This document shows positions 1-9,171 of a stretch of 64,000 nucleotides of DNA, one piece after another. Positions within the stretch are counted from its first letter, which is position 1. Every line of letters starts with the position of its first letter. The DNA comes from a virus. The position numbers were made by a program, and so were the translations under genes. The stretch spans positions 1 to 64,000 of IMG/VR virus record IMGVR_UViG_3300037755_000305; one strand, written 5' to 3'. Below the pieces are notes generated by a model that worked only from the letters and a program-made list of their open reading frames with translations, was not told the DNA's origin and did no database searches.

Positions 1-2018
1 TCCGAAGAGAAGATGCCAGTGATATTTTCGGTACATTTCTGGAAGCCTTCGCGACCATAGGCTCGCCCCCAACTGAAAGTCTGGGGATCAAGGTTAGTCG
101 GGCGCTTCCCTCCCTCAAGAACAACCAAGTAAAGCTCTGGCACTTCGTTACGCAGGAAATCCTGATACTCCTCAGAGAGTGCATCCTGATTGTCAGTAAT
201 GACGATTACTGACTTGAACCCCTTCTGCCGAATGTGCTCAGCAACCGTATTGAAATCGGTACCACCGGTGCCCCAGAACACGTTATCGTCACGACCCTGT
301 ACTGGCTCGCAAACAACTGTAGAGAACTGGTAGGATTGACAGCCGAACTCGCGCAGTTGCTTCGTAAGATACAGAGCGACAGAGTACCATTGGTTCATTG
401 AACCAGACACGTCAGTATACACGATAAGCTCATTCTGCTCAAGGTACTGGTTATGGTCCCACATAGGGGGCTGGTGTCCCATGCCGAGATACATCATATC
501 CCGTCTTGAAGGTCGCTGAGGCATGTTGAAATCCGGACGCACAATCTTGTGGTCCGTTACTCGCATAGTAGCGATTTTCTGCACGAGTTCGTCAGCGTAT
601 CGCTTGACGGCACCCTTGATTTGGACCGTAGCGGTCTTGTGTGAATCGGTCAAAACCGAACCACCCATTTCGAGCAGACCACGATCGAATTCGTCAAGAT
701 CCTCGATAACCTTGGGAACAATCTCGTTACGGGAGACCGAGCCGCCCCAGCTAACACCACCTCCGTAATCCATCTGCATGGTTTCGTTGGGCTGGTCCTT
801 GCCGTGCGGGTCCTTACGAATATCGTCACCGTTGTCCTCTTCCAAAGATTTGTCCACGTCATCCTTCGAGATGAGAATATCCGGCACCCTAGCAAGGCGT
901 TCCTTCAGCGTCATAGGTTCGCCTAGCAGACCCTTTCCACCTTTGCAGGTACAGGGCTTCTTTCCGCCGTGCCCGTGGTTGCCCGTGGCAGGCTTGTCCT
1001 TTCCTTCACTTTTTCCATTCTGCTCCTCACCGGAGCCCGATCCCTCACCGGAGCCCGATCCCTCACCGGAACCTTCGCCTTCGCCTTCGCCTTCGGAGCC
1101 CGATCCCTCACCGGAGCCAGAACCTTCGGAGCCTTCACCTTCACCTTCACCTTCTCCAGAGGAATTGCCGTTCCCGTGCTGAGGACAGCCTTCATCATGC
1201 TCACTACCAGGAGACGGCTGCGAAAGGTCATCCTTGTGAATTTCAAGCCAATCACAAAACTTTTGGTACCATTCTGGGAATGAAAGCATTGAACCATACT
1301 GGTAATCGTACTCGTTCCGCCAGCTTCGGCGTGACGGTCGGCTATTACGATGATCGACGGGCTGTAGACCGTGCTCTGCTAGAAGCTCTGTAGCATCAGC
1401 ATACAGACCCTCATGCCCAACCTGAATGTCGTCAGACACGAAGGGAGACAAGCACGTAAGCATAGCGAACTCTTCGCTCTTCGGATCACCCAAAGTGTGC
1501 TGGGACGGATCGAAGCCGGAATTTTCCGCGTCATCAACGTCTTTCTGCGACCAGCAATAGAACGCCTCGGGGAGTCCAGCTTTGATGCCCATCGAAGAGC
1601 GAACACTGGCATTGATCCAAGCATCCTCCAGCACATTGCGGACCTTGGAAACCCACTCGTCCTTGAAATCTAGGATCTTGCGAAGCCGGAACCAATCGAC
1701 GCGATAGATCCGACGAATCAATCGGTGGTCACGTTCGTGCAGAATGATGAAGAGAAGATCTTCGATAGAATGAATCTTCTCCATGATGAAGGTGGGGTTG
1801 ATGAAGACCTTGCCATCCCGAAGGTCCACCATTGCCGTGGGGCAGGACTCGTCCAGCTTCATGTGGGCGATGTGACCCCATAGGACAGGAAGGTCGTCTC
1901 GACCCCAAACCTTCCTGAAGTCCTTATTGACGATAAGGTGATGAAGATCACGCTCGGCACCCTTGAGGTCGCCCTTTTCGATCTTCTGTTTGATGCTTGT
2001 CAGATAGTCAGTTGCCAT
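1..2018 (-). CDS. Putative metallopeptidase + VWA domain protein (DUF2201-like MoxR partner); partial, runs off left edge, >=672 aa
   Basis: Absent from the ORF track; translated by hand from ATG at 2018 (MATDYLTSIK...), open to base 1. Zincin motif ILHERDH, later VLEDAWIN, a Gly/Glu/Ser linker, then VWA MIDAS elements YTDVSGS, GTGGTDF and IVITD. Lies two genes downstream of a MoxR ATPase. Confidence 0.85.
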   Translation of the reverse strand, partial: MATDYLTSIKQKIEKGDLKGAERDLHHLIVNKDFRKVWGRDDLPVLWGHIAHMKLDESCPTAMVDLRDGKVFINPTFIMEKIHSIEDLLFIILHERDHRLIRRIYRVDWFRLRKILDFKDEWVSKVRNVLEDAWINASVRSSMGIKAGLPEAFYCWSQKDVDDAENSGFDPSQHTLGDPKSEEFAMLTCLSPFVSDDIQVGHEGLYADATELLAEHGLQPVDHRNSRPSRRSWRNEYDYQYGSMLSFPEWYQKFCDWLEIHKDDLSQPSPGSEHDEGCPQHGNGNSSGEGEGEGEGSEGSGSGEGSGSEGEGEGEGSGEGSGSGEGSGSGEEQNGKSEGKDKPATGNHGHGGKKPCTCKGGKGLLGEPMTLKERLARVPDILISKDDVDKSLEEDNGDDIRKDPHGKDQPNETMQMDYGGGVSWGGSVSRNEIVPKVIEDLDEFDRGLLEMGGSVLTDSHKTATVQIKGAVKRYADELVQKIATMRVTDHKIVRPDFNMPQRPSRRDMMYLGMGHQPPMWDHNQYLEQNELIVYTDVSGSMNQWYSVALYLTKQLREFGCQSYQFSTVVCEPVQGRDDNVFWGTGGTDFNTVAEHIRQKGFKSVIVITDNQDALSEEYQDFLRNEVPELYLVVLEGGKRPTNLDPQTFSWGRAYGREGFQKCTENITGIFSS
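1025..1157 (-). repeat. In-frame low-complexity tandem repeats encoding a GEGEGEG/GSGEGS linker
   Basis: 18-nt unit cctcaccggagcccgatc repeated, plus runs of 6-nt units ccttcg and ccttca, inside the VWA gene. Confidence 0.9.
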
Positions 2019-2071
2019 ATTCTATTCTTCGGACTCTCGCCTGATTACTTTAGCGCTAAAAGAGGGAAATT

Positions 2072-2114
2072 GGGGCTGCACCAGTAGAGGAATCACAACT
2101 ACCGATGCAGCCCC
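2072..2114 (-). other. Intergenic 16-bp RNA hairpin (possible terminator or processing structure)
   Basis: Minus strand GGGGCTGCATCGGTAG-11-nt loop-CTACTGGTGCAGCCCC pairs fully using two G-U wobbles, followed by AATTTCCCTCTTTT. A 12-bp palindrome TTTAGCGCTAAA is adjacent at 2049-2060. Confidence 0.55.
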
Positions 2115-2151
2115 TCGGGGCAGGGAGATGGCTCCTGTGCACCCGTGCCCA

Positions 2152-2736
2152 TTATGTGTCCAGAAGTGCCGCCAGGGCGCTCAGGTACTCCACCAGAAGA
2201 CCCGACTTCTCCAGTTGTCCACGGACATTCGGGTCTTCGATGATACCGTACAGGGTCGAATCTGAGAACTGGGTACATCCTCGAATCGCACCGAGGATAC
2301 CGTGCTCGACGTACTCTTCCCAGAGGTTAGACGTGGGGAGGGACAGACTGGCAGGTCCGAAGGCAAACACGCGATTTGCCTCGCAGTGGATACCGTACAG
2401 TTCGCCCGAGGTATGCTGGAAAAGGAAAACCCAGCGATGCTCGATCGGAGAACCCTCTACGGAGAACCACTCTGCAACGTCGGCCGACTCCCACTGAGTC
2501 GATTCGGAATCAGCCGGATCGCGCTCGTCCTTGTTCTCATTCGTCATGAGAATCTTGTTAGTCGGACTGACCGCTAGATAGCGAACCCTGTAACGTCCAG
2601 GGTCTTCGGTGTAATAATCTACGTACCACGCTACCTTCTGGTTCTCCACATCATGAGAGAATATTTCCGTAAGACTCTTGCTGTCAGCGTACTTGTCAGT
2701 TCCTTTGTGAAACTGTTCCTTGGGTCGATTTGCCAT
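2152..2736 (-). CDS. Hypothetical protein (194 aa)
   Basis: ORF with a strong SD (AGGAG) packed between the MoxR and VWA genes; no motif recognised. Confidence 0.75.
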   Translation of the reverse strand: MANRPKEQFHKGTDKYADSKSLTEIFSHDVENQKVAWYVDYYTEDPGRYRVRYLAVSPTNKILMTNENKDERDPADSESTQWESADVAEWFSVEGSPIEHRWVFLFQHTSGELYGIHCEANRVFAFGPASLSLPTSNLWEEYVEHGILGAIRGCTQFSDSTLYGIIEDPNVRGQLEKSGLLVEYLSALAALLDT

Positions 2737-2746
2737 CTCTCTTCTC

Positions 2747-3958
2747 CTACTTCTTTCGGCCCGAGCGCGCAGGCTTCGGACCGTAGTTGGTTAGTTCTGA
2801 CTGGATCGCTGCCGCAGCATCCTCGACCTTGGCGTTGTCGGGCAGCTTGATTAGTGCTGCCCGTGCCGCGAACGTTTGCCGCAGCGTATTGAACATGTCA
2901 GGCTGAATATCCTTACGTGCTGTTACAACTTGCCACGCCTGTTCGATAAGCTTCGTGTCATTCTCCGTATGGAGCATGTCCGCGATAGCCGCAGCGTGTC
3001 CTGCCGAATCCTTGATCTTCGCCTTGCAGAGTTCGACTATGTTCGACGCAGTAAGAACCGGATCGCTCAGCTTGAAGCCCTGGAGAATCGTAGCGATTTC
3101 CGCCTCGACCTTGGACTTCTCGATCGTGGTGCGAATCAGTCCGGTAGCTTCCGGAACGAGACCCATGACCGCCTCACAAAGAATGTGCTCGTCGATCTCC
3201 AGATATTCGAAGACTTGAGAAACACGATCCATGTTACAAAACAGTGTGTGAAGATCTCGAACCTGACGACCCGAGAACTGAATGTCCTTTTTGTTCAAGG
3301 TCTCCGCAAGCTTGAGAACCTTGGCCTCGATTGCGGAAGCTTGCGCCTTCGGAATCTTGGCGGCGCGAGCTGCATCAAGAAGATCCTTGAGGGACCCGGT
3401 TTGCCCGCGCTTCCCGAGACCAAGGACCGAACGTCGATCTCCCGATGACAGATCACCGTAGGTCGGCACGTTCAGCACTACGAACCTGGACACCTGGGCA
3501 GGGTCCATGTGTGCAGTATTGTACTTGTCGGGGGGATTGCATGCTGCCCACACAAACTCCAGAGAAGTCTTACGACCGTTGATTGTTCGGTTACGAACAA
3601 TCTCGAAGAACTTCGCTGCGTTGTAGGGATTGCACCGATTGATTTCATCAAGAAGGCACGACGTAGCATCCCAAATCGAATCGGGGGTAGAGATATACTC
3701 CATCTGCCCTTGAGCCAGCTTCCCTGGGTGCAGAAAGCCGAGAAGGTCATCAGCATTGACGAGAGACGTATCGTAGGGAACGAACTTCGTTCCTTCGCCA
3801 AAGACCGCTTCACTGATAAGCTGACAGCCTTCGGTTTTATTGGCACCGTGAGCACCGTTGAGTAGTACCGATTTGTTTGAAAGAATCGCGCCGAGGATGA
3901 TCGGCTCAATACTCTTCCATCCAACGATGCCCAGGTCTTCGAAATAGGACTTTCCCAT
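2747..3958 (-). CDS. MoxR-family AAA+ ATPase
   Basis: Walker A variant GAHGANKT, DDLLGF, Walker B LLDEINR, WAACNP, DPAQVSRF arginine-finger region; SD AAGGA upstream. Confidence 0.85.
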   Translation of the reverse strand: MGKSYFEDLGIVGWKSIEPIILGAILSNKSVLLNGAHGANKTEGCQLISEAVFGEGTKFVPYDTSLVNADDLLGFLHPGKLAQGQMEYISTPDSIWDATSCLLDEINRCNPYNAAKFFEIVRNRTINGRKTSLEFVWAACNPPDKYNTAHMDPAQVSRFVVLNVPTYGDLSSGDRRSVLGLGKRGQTGSLKDLLDAARAAKIPKAQASAIEAKVLKLAETLNKKDIQFSGRQVRDLHTLFCNMDRVSQVFEYLEIDEHILCEAVMGLVPEATGLIRTTIEKSKVEAEIATILQGFKLSDPVLTASNIVELCKAKIKDSAGHAAAIADMLHTENDTKLIEQAWQVVTARKDIQPDMFNTLRQTFAARAALIKLPDNAKVEDAAAAIQSELTNYGPKPARSGRKK

Positions 3959-4050
3959 GTTTGATTCCTTTTGTTTACCTCACCCATCTGTGAGGCATGT
4001 TCTACTCTTCGGCCGGGCAGACCGAATCTTGAGCATTTTTCCTCTTTATC

Positions 4051-4374
4051 CTAATTTTTCTCTCGGATATGCTCCAAGATAGCTCTTCGTTCGTCTTCGA
4101 CCTTGTTCAGGTCGATATCGTAGTACCGGGACAGTATTTCTTCAATTCTGAGACCTACCGGTCGCCACTCGTCCATTTTCTCGTCAAAAAGGCACAATTT
4201 CACTGGTGAAGCGTTGAGCTTTTGCGCCCGTATTGCCTCTTTACGTCCCTCGCCACTCTGAGGGCCAAATCGAGCCTCCGTAGCCAACCAGTCAATGAAG
4301 GAACCGATGATTTGAGATTCGTCTGTACAACCGCTCATTCTGTCCAGCTCGGGTGTATCGGGATAGTCGCTCAT
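4051..4374 (-). CDS. Hypothetical protein (~107 aa)
   Basis: Probable start MSDYPDTPEL at 4374, overlapping the upstream stop (ATGA). The track's extension to 4716 overlaps another gene. Confidence 0.65.
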   Translation of the reverse strand: MSDYPDTPELDRMSGCTDESQIIGSFIDWLATEARFGPQSGEGRKEAIRAQKLNASPVKLCLFDEKMDEWRPVGLRIEEILSRYYDIDLNKVEDERRAILEHIREKN

Positions 4375-5192
4375 ACCTTTTGACCACATTCTCCGCAAAA
4401 TTTTGCGGTCTTTGCGACCTTCGTTCCACAGTTGTCGCACGCCGTGGCCTGCGTCTCGTATACCTTGACCCCGTAGTAGCCCTTGCTTCGGGCTTCGAAA
4501 GCATCGTGGATATTCTTCGGAATCGCACCAGTACGCACGTAGAAATCGTAAACGTCCGGGTCTATTTGGATAGTTCCCTTGAACCCCTCGGGGATTCCGC
4601 TGTTCTCGTACTCGTTGAACGAGACGGTTCGGTGGATGATTACCTGAACCAGATCCTCGGCTGCACCCTCTTGGATTGCCCACTCGCCAACAGGCTTGTG
4701 GTCCCGGTCGTCCCACTTCGTTTCACGTCCGTTCACCCAAGAATTGTGAACCTTGTACTTGCCGATCTGAGCAATACGGGCGTCGGGGTGAGCAGGGTCC
4801 TTGGGGGCAGCATTCGCTACCATCCAATCCTTCAACTCGTCCCGCATGTCGTCGGACGTTTCCTTCGCCTGAGCGGCTTCATCCTTGGCATCTAGGTAAA
4901 GCTGAAGCTTCTTCTCGCCTTCGGACTTCTCCACCGCTCCCAGAACCGGAGCCACGACCTTGGGCTGTTGCTCGATTCGCTTGATCTTGAAGCCGAAACT
5001 CTCGACCTCGCGACCATAATCGACCAGGGCATCGGGACGCGGGCGCTGAGCCTCGAAAACACCGTCGTCAACTTCCTTCCAACCGAGCTTCGACTGCATC
5101 GGGGCAGGGATCTTCATGTCCGTCTGCCAGAAATAGTCTCCGTCTCGAATGACTTCGATTACCTTGAGGCTCTTGGGCTTGGCTGATGCCAT
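4371..5192 (-). CDS. Hypothetical protein with C-terminal zinc ribbon
   Basis: 273 aa ending CDNCGTKVAKTAKFCGECGQKV; SD AGGAG upstream. Confidence 0.8.
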   Translation of the reverse strand: MASAKPKSLKVIEVIRDGDYFWQTDMKIPAPMQSKLGWKEVDDGVFEAQRPRPDALVDYGREVESFGFKIKRIEQQPKVVAPVLGAVEKSEGEKKLQLYLDAKDEAAQAKETSDDMRDELKDWMVANAAPKDPAHPDARIAQIGKYKVHNSWVNGRETKWDDRDHKPVGEWAIQEGAAEDLVQVIIHRTVSFNEYENSGIPEGFKGTIQIDPDVYDFYVRTGAIPKNIHDAFEARSKGYYGVKVYETQATACDNCGTKVAKTAKFCGECGQKV

Positions 5193-5205
5193 TTCTTTCT
5201 TTCTC

Positions 5206-5772
5206 CTATTTCATAGATTCGGCGAGTGCCTGAAGAACAGCGTAATTGCCGTGCTTTTGGACGAGCCCCGCCAAGGTCCGGACAAGCGTATCGGCTGTCC
5301 CAGAGGAAACTTGAGTGTTTTCTACTGACGAAACTGCTTCTTCATAGGGGGCGAAAGAAGTCACGTCAATAGGGTGAAGTGGTTTGTCGTCCTTCCCGAA
5401 GGGATTGCGCTCTTGCCCAGTGACAACCCATTTCTCGCCCTTCTTGGGGTCGGCCTGATCTAGTTCAACCGAGAACCAGTAAGTCTTCCCATCAGCATTC
5501 TTTCCCGTAACCGACCGGTAAACCGAGGGCTTTCCTACTCTGCTCTTACCCTTCGATTCTTTTAGAGAAACTGTCTTGATCGTAACCACGATCCCTCCGG
5601 TTTCGGTAGTGGGCACAAGAGCCTCTGTCGGCGTTTGGGGCGGTTCAGGTACCAGTTCTAGCTGGGCAGGCTTCTGAGTCGCTGCTGAGGACCCAATGCG
5701 GCGCTTTTTGAGCAGGCTTGGGTCCCTGGGCAGGTCTCCTCCTCCACGGAGCATTCTTTTTGACGCAGGCAT
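5206..5772 (-). CDS. Hypothetical protein (188 aa)
   Basis: SD AAGGAG upstream; first gene of the leftward block. Confidence 0.75.
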   Translation of the reverse strand: MPASKRMLRGGGDLPRDPSLLKKRRIGSSAATQKPAQLELVPEPPQTPTEALVPTTETGGIVVTIKTVSLKESKGKSRVGKPSVYRSVTGKNADGKTYWFSVELDQADPKKGEKWVVTGQERNPFGKDDKPLHPIDVTSFAPYEEAVSSVENTQVSSGTADTLVRTLAGLVQKHGNYAVLQALAESMK

Positions 5773-5866
5773 GTCTTCTCCTTTGAATTTATATTCGGTT
5801 GTTTCTAACCAAAACTTTAGCAGAAAACCTCTGATTTATCTTTCGTTACTCTAAAGAGATGCGGAC
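5773..5866. promoter_or_regulatory. AT-rich divergent intergenic region (strand switch; probable back-to-back promoters)
   Basis: Only strand switch in the window. Contains TTATCTTT (5836-5843) and GTTACTCTAAAGAG (5845-5858), variants of the recurrent boundary motif. Confidence 0.55.
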
Positions 5867-6406
5867 ATGACTACTCATTCCGACAGGTTGCGCAACGGTG
5901 TACGAGAACTCGTGCGTACTGACAATACTACGCTCGAAGATTTGCATATTGTGGCGTCCGATGTGATTGCTACTCTAGACAAATTATCCAGCAAAATTGT
6001 CCGTAAGCTCAAGACTGGTCAATCTATTCGGGTTTATGATGAAGATTCTAACAAAGAATATGGCCAAAATGGGTCCGACATTCCCTGTTTCTTCAAAGAA
6101 GCTTACGACACAAAGACCCGAGGTATAACACTAAAAGTGTACGACGACAAGCACGAATGGCTTGTTAGCCTGGATTGCCTTTTGGAGGTGTTTGACGATT
6201 TTCATCCTGAATCAGACGAAGGCAAAAAGAGAACGAACTTAGCCAACCCAAAACGTAGGGGACGAAAGCCGAAATCTAAGAACGCATCAGCAGATTTTGA
6301 CGAATTCGATACCCAGTGGCGAAATGACGGTTGGGAAGCCGAAACCGAAGACGAAGAATACGATTTCAACAATCCTAATTGGGGAGAACATTTTGACAAC
6401 GAGTGA
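5867..6406 (+). CDS. Hypothetical protein with acidic C-terminus
   Basis: 179-aa ORF, first of the rightward block. Confidence 0.7.
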   Translation: MTTHSDRLRNGVRELVRTDNTTLEDLHIVASDVIATLDKLSSKIVRKLKTGQSIRVYDEDSNKEYGQNGSDIPCFFKEAYDTKTRGITLKVYDDKHEWLVSLDCLLEVFDDFHPESDEGKKRTNLANPKRRGRKPKSKNASADFDEFDTQWRNDGWEAETEDEEYDFNNPNWGEHFDNE

Positions 6407-6863
6407 CGTAGAGGGATATACCGATTGGAACAGCTATTTTATGGCCATGGCGCGCTTGGTGGCCAAGAAAAGCAAGGACCCCAGTGTGCAGGTGGGCGTT
6501 GTAATTGTAGGCCCTGACAATGAAGTACGCACATCTGGCTACAACGGCTTCCCCCGGGGTGTAGACGAAAGTGATCCGGCTCGCTGGGAGCGTCCGATCA
6601 AGTACGATTTCGTGGAGCACGCTGAACGAAACGCTGTCTATAATGCAGCCCGTATGGGAACACCATTGAAGGGTTGCGTGGCATATATGGAAAGCCCTCC
6701 TTGCAAAGATTGTGGGCGTGCGCTAATACAGGCGGGTATCAAAGAAATCGTGGTCACCACGAATAATCCCTTTGTGAATCGTGATGATTGGTCTGATTCT
6801 ATCAAATTTGCATGTGACTTGTTGACGGAAAGTGGCGTAAAAGTCACATGGACCGATCTTTGA
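6393..6863 (+). CDS. dCMP (deoxycytidylate) deaminase
   Basis: SKDPSVQVG, GYNGFPRG, HAERNA and PCKDC zinc motifs. Probable TTG start at 6393 after GGGGAG (track starts at 6297). Confidence 0.92.
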   Translation: MTTSDVEGYTDWNSYFMAMARLVAKKSKDPSVQVGVVIVGPDNEVRTSGYNGFPRGVDESDPARWERPIKYDFVEHAERNAVYNAARMGTPLKGCVAYMESPPCKDCGRALIQAGIKEIVVTTNNPFVNRDDWSDSIKFACDLLTESGVKVTWTDL

Positions 6864-6900
6864 TCTAAAGTTCTGGCTGCTGGATGCCGAAGAGAGTTGA

Positions 6901-8283
6901 ATGCAGAATCTAGAGCGTGCGATTCGGTGCCTTGAGAACATTGAGGCCACCCCCAAGAGAACAGAGAAGAAAGATCTCCTTCGGTCGGCGGCGGACAATC
7001 CCGTTCTTCGCGAGCTGTTCTATCGCGCCTACGATTGGAAGACTACCTACGGTCTTACGTGGAAGCAGCCAGATCTCCCCAAGGCGAAAGCGATCTTCGG
7101 AGACTCCTATTCGATGGAAGAGGAGTGGGATCTTTTCCTTACCATTCTCGATGAGCTTGCCGCTCGAAACCTCACAGGGCAGGAAGCCCTCGACACGATT
7201 ACCCGTTTCATGCGAGCCATCGACCCCAACCGAGCCCAGTGGTACGGACGTGTCCTGAATCGCAATCTCCAAATTGGTGCGAACGTCAACACTTTCGGAG
7301 AAATCTGGCCGGAACTGGCTTCCAACTTCGGTGTCTCGCTCGCCGAGAAGTTCAAGGACCATCACATGGGGATTCAATTTCCTGTTGCCTGCGAGCCCAA
7401 GTATGACGGGCTGCGTATTACGATGGTCTTCACGGACGGCAAGGGCGTGGCGAAGACTAGATCAGGCAAAGAGTATAACGAAGTCCTCAAACACATAATT
7501 GACGAACTGGCACCTAAGGTTGTCAATGGTGCTGTCGATGGGGAAATATACGCTGATTGGGAAGCGAAGGGACCCCTATCAACCTACGGAGGTAAGAAGT
7601 ATAAGTCTCCCTGGGGCAAGACTTCAGCTATGCTTAAGACTGGAACCTATCAAGGGATTTTCACGCCCAACCGAGTCAATTCAGATATGTGGAAGGAACT
7701 TCAGGGTGAATTGAAGTTCTGGGCTTTCGACTATATCAGTCTTGATGTTTACGATCCTAAAATTGCCATGGACCGAACTCCTCACCGGGAACGCCGAGCA
7801 AATCTTGTTGAATTGGTAGCTTCCTTGGGGCCAGACGCTTCTACGATTGTCATGCCGCAGGTCATTTGTAATGACCACGAAGAGCTTACCGATACACACG
7901 CCGAGTTCATGTCCCAAAATCACGAAGGCTCCATGATTAAGGATCTCAACTCTCCGTATCTTCCTTCCCGATCGCCCGTGATGCTCAAGCGCAAGGAAGA
8001 GGAATTCATTGACGGAGTGATTCTCGAAGTGTTGCCTGGAACCGAAGGCAAACGTAATGAGCACTGGGCTGGTCGATACCGTGTTCGCTTGTCAAACGGC
8101 ATCGAAACGCGCTGTAATGTTCGTGGCGATGCCAATAGACAGGACCACTGGAATCGTAGGGACGAGCTTGTAGGCACCATTATTGAAATGACCCAGCAAA
8201 AGGATGCTTACGCTGTTGGGGATGCCGCTCGTTTCCCTGTCTTCATTCGTCTTCGTGACGATCTACCCAAAGTAGAGGTCTAG
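6901..8283 (+). CDS. lig: ATP-dependent DNA ligase
   Basis: Motif I EPKYDGLR, VDGEIY, FWAFD, EGSMIK, LKRK, and a C-terminal OB fold ending ARFPVF. Confidence 0.93.
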   Translation: MQNLERAIRCLENIEATPKRTEKKDLLRSAADNPVLRELFYRAYDWKTTYGLTWKQPDLPKAKAIFGDSYSMEEEWDLFLTILDELAARNLTGQEALDTITRFMRAIDPNRAQWYGRVLNRNLQIGANVNTFGEIWPELASNFGVSLAEKFKDHHMGIQFPVACEPKYDGLRITMVFTDGKGVAKTRSGKEYNEVLKHIIDELAPKVVNGAVDGEIYADWEAKGPLSTYGGKKYKSPWGKTSAMLKTGTYQGIFTPNRVNSDMWKELQGELKFWAFDYISLDVYDPKIAMDRTPHRERRANLVELVASLGPDASTIVMPQVICNDHEELTDTHAEFMSQNHEGSMIKDLNSPYLPSRSPVMLKRKEEEFIDGVILEVLPGTEGKRNEHWAGRYRVRLSNGIETRCNVRGDANRQDHWNRRDELVGTIIEMTQQKDAYAVGDAARFPVFIRLRDDLPKVEV

Positions 8284-8304
8284 AGACTAGACTAAAGACA
8301 GGGT

Positions 8305-8460
8305 ATGACAATTGAAACCCCTACGCTAGAAGAACGAGTTGCAGCACTGGAAGAGGCATTAGCCAAAGTAATGCATCACCGACACACGGTGAAAGCTTTC
8401 AATCAAGCAATGCAAATCCGTACAACCTCCGAGCCTGTGGTTGATGAAGATGCAGATTGA
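8305..8460 (+). CDS. Small hypothetical protein (51 aa)
   Basis: Below the track cutoff; MTIETPTLEERVAALEEALAKV... fills the gap between the ligase and the next gene. Confidence 0.55.
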   Translation: MTIETPTLEERVAALEEALAKVMHHRHTVKAFNQAMQIRTTSEPVVDEDAD

Positions 8461-8743
8461 GGAGTATAGGCCGCATCCTATGTACGATGATAGAGAAGTG
8501 CGGGCGATCTTTAACCCTAAAGACCCTTCCGGTCTGAATGCTGGCACTCGTCAAATGGTGGGACATGCGTTTGTGTGGCGGCACATTGGCTTCTCCCAAG
8601 ATATGCCAGTGTGGATGCCAGCCGATCCAGAAGATATTGACACCTATTTTGAAGTCGTGGACAGGCCACGCCCAGACTGGGAGTGTTTGTGGATCTTGGA
8701 AGAAGATTTGGACATCATGGGAGTGGAGAAGTTAGATGCGTGA
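8441..8743 (+). CDS. Hypothetical protein
   Basis: ORF of up to 100 aa (start may be ATG 8480), overlapping the next gene start. Confidence 0.6.
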   Translation: MMKMQIEEYRPHPMYDDREVRAIFNPKDPSGLNAGTRQMVGHAFVWRHIGFSQDMPVWMPADPEDIDTYFEVVDRPRPDWECLWILEEDLDIMGVEKLDA

Positions 8744-9125
8744 TGGAGACGTAAAGCTTCGAGAATACGCAGAAATGGTTCACGGGGCGGCAATTTACCG
8801 AAATGTCGTAGACGCTCTTCTAGATTCCGCTTCTCGGGAAGATATTGCGAAGATGCTCAAGATCTTCTATGCTGCTACAGGGCTGGCCGGGGAGGCTGGT
8901 GAAGTTGCCAACAAGGTGAAGAAGATCCTGCGAGACAACGCAGGCGTAGTGGACGATGTAGTGCGACAGAAGGTTCTTGGCGAGCTGGGCGGCGTGGCAT
9001 GGTACCTAAACGCCGCCGCCGAGGAGTTCGACTTGCGAATCGAAGACGTTCTGAACTACAACTACGACCAAATCACAGACCGCCAAGCACGGGACGTATT
9101 ACAAGGCGATGGAGACGACAGATAA
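8736..9125 (+). CDS. MazG-like nucleotide pyrophosphohydrolase
   Basis: GLAGEAGEVANKVKKILRD and ELGGVAWYL match the short phage MazG-like family (usual ELGD reads ELGG). Confidence 0.85.
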   Translation: MRDGDVKLREYAEMVHGAAIYRNVVDALLDSASREDIAKMLKIFYAATGLAGEAGEVANKVKKILRDNAGVVDDVVRQKVLGELGGVAWYLNAAAEEFDLRIEDVLNYNYDQITDRQARDVLQGDGDDR

Positions 9126-9171
9126 ATGTTCAAATTCCTCAAGACTAGAAGGAAGTAAAAGGGCTAGCGTG

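Noticed and set aside
778-1297. Track ORFs 778-1182 (Pro/Ser repeats), 923-1297 and 969-1283
   Set aside because: Antisense or off-frame shadows of the GEGS repeat inside the real minus-strand VWA gene.
4375-4716. N-terminal extension of track ORF 4051-4716
   Set aside because: Overlaps the 4371-5192 gene out of frame; the ATGA-coupled start at 4374 is more plausible.
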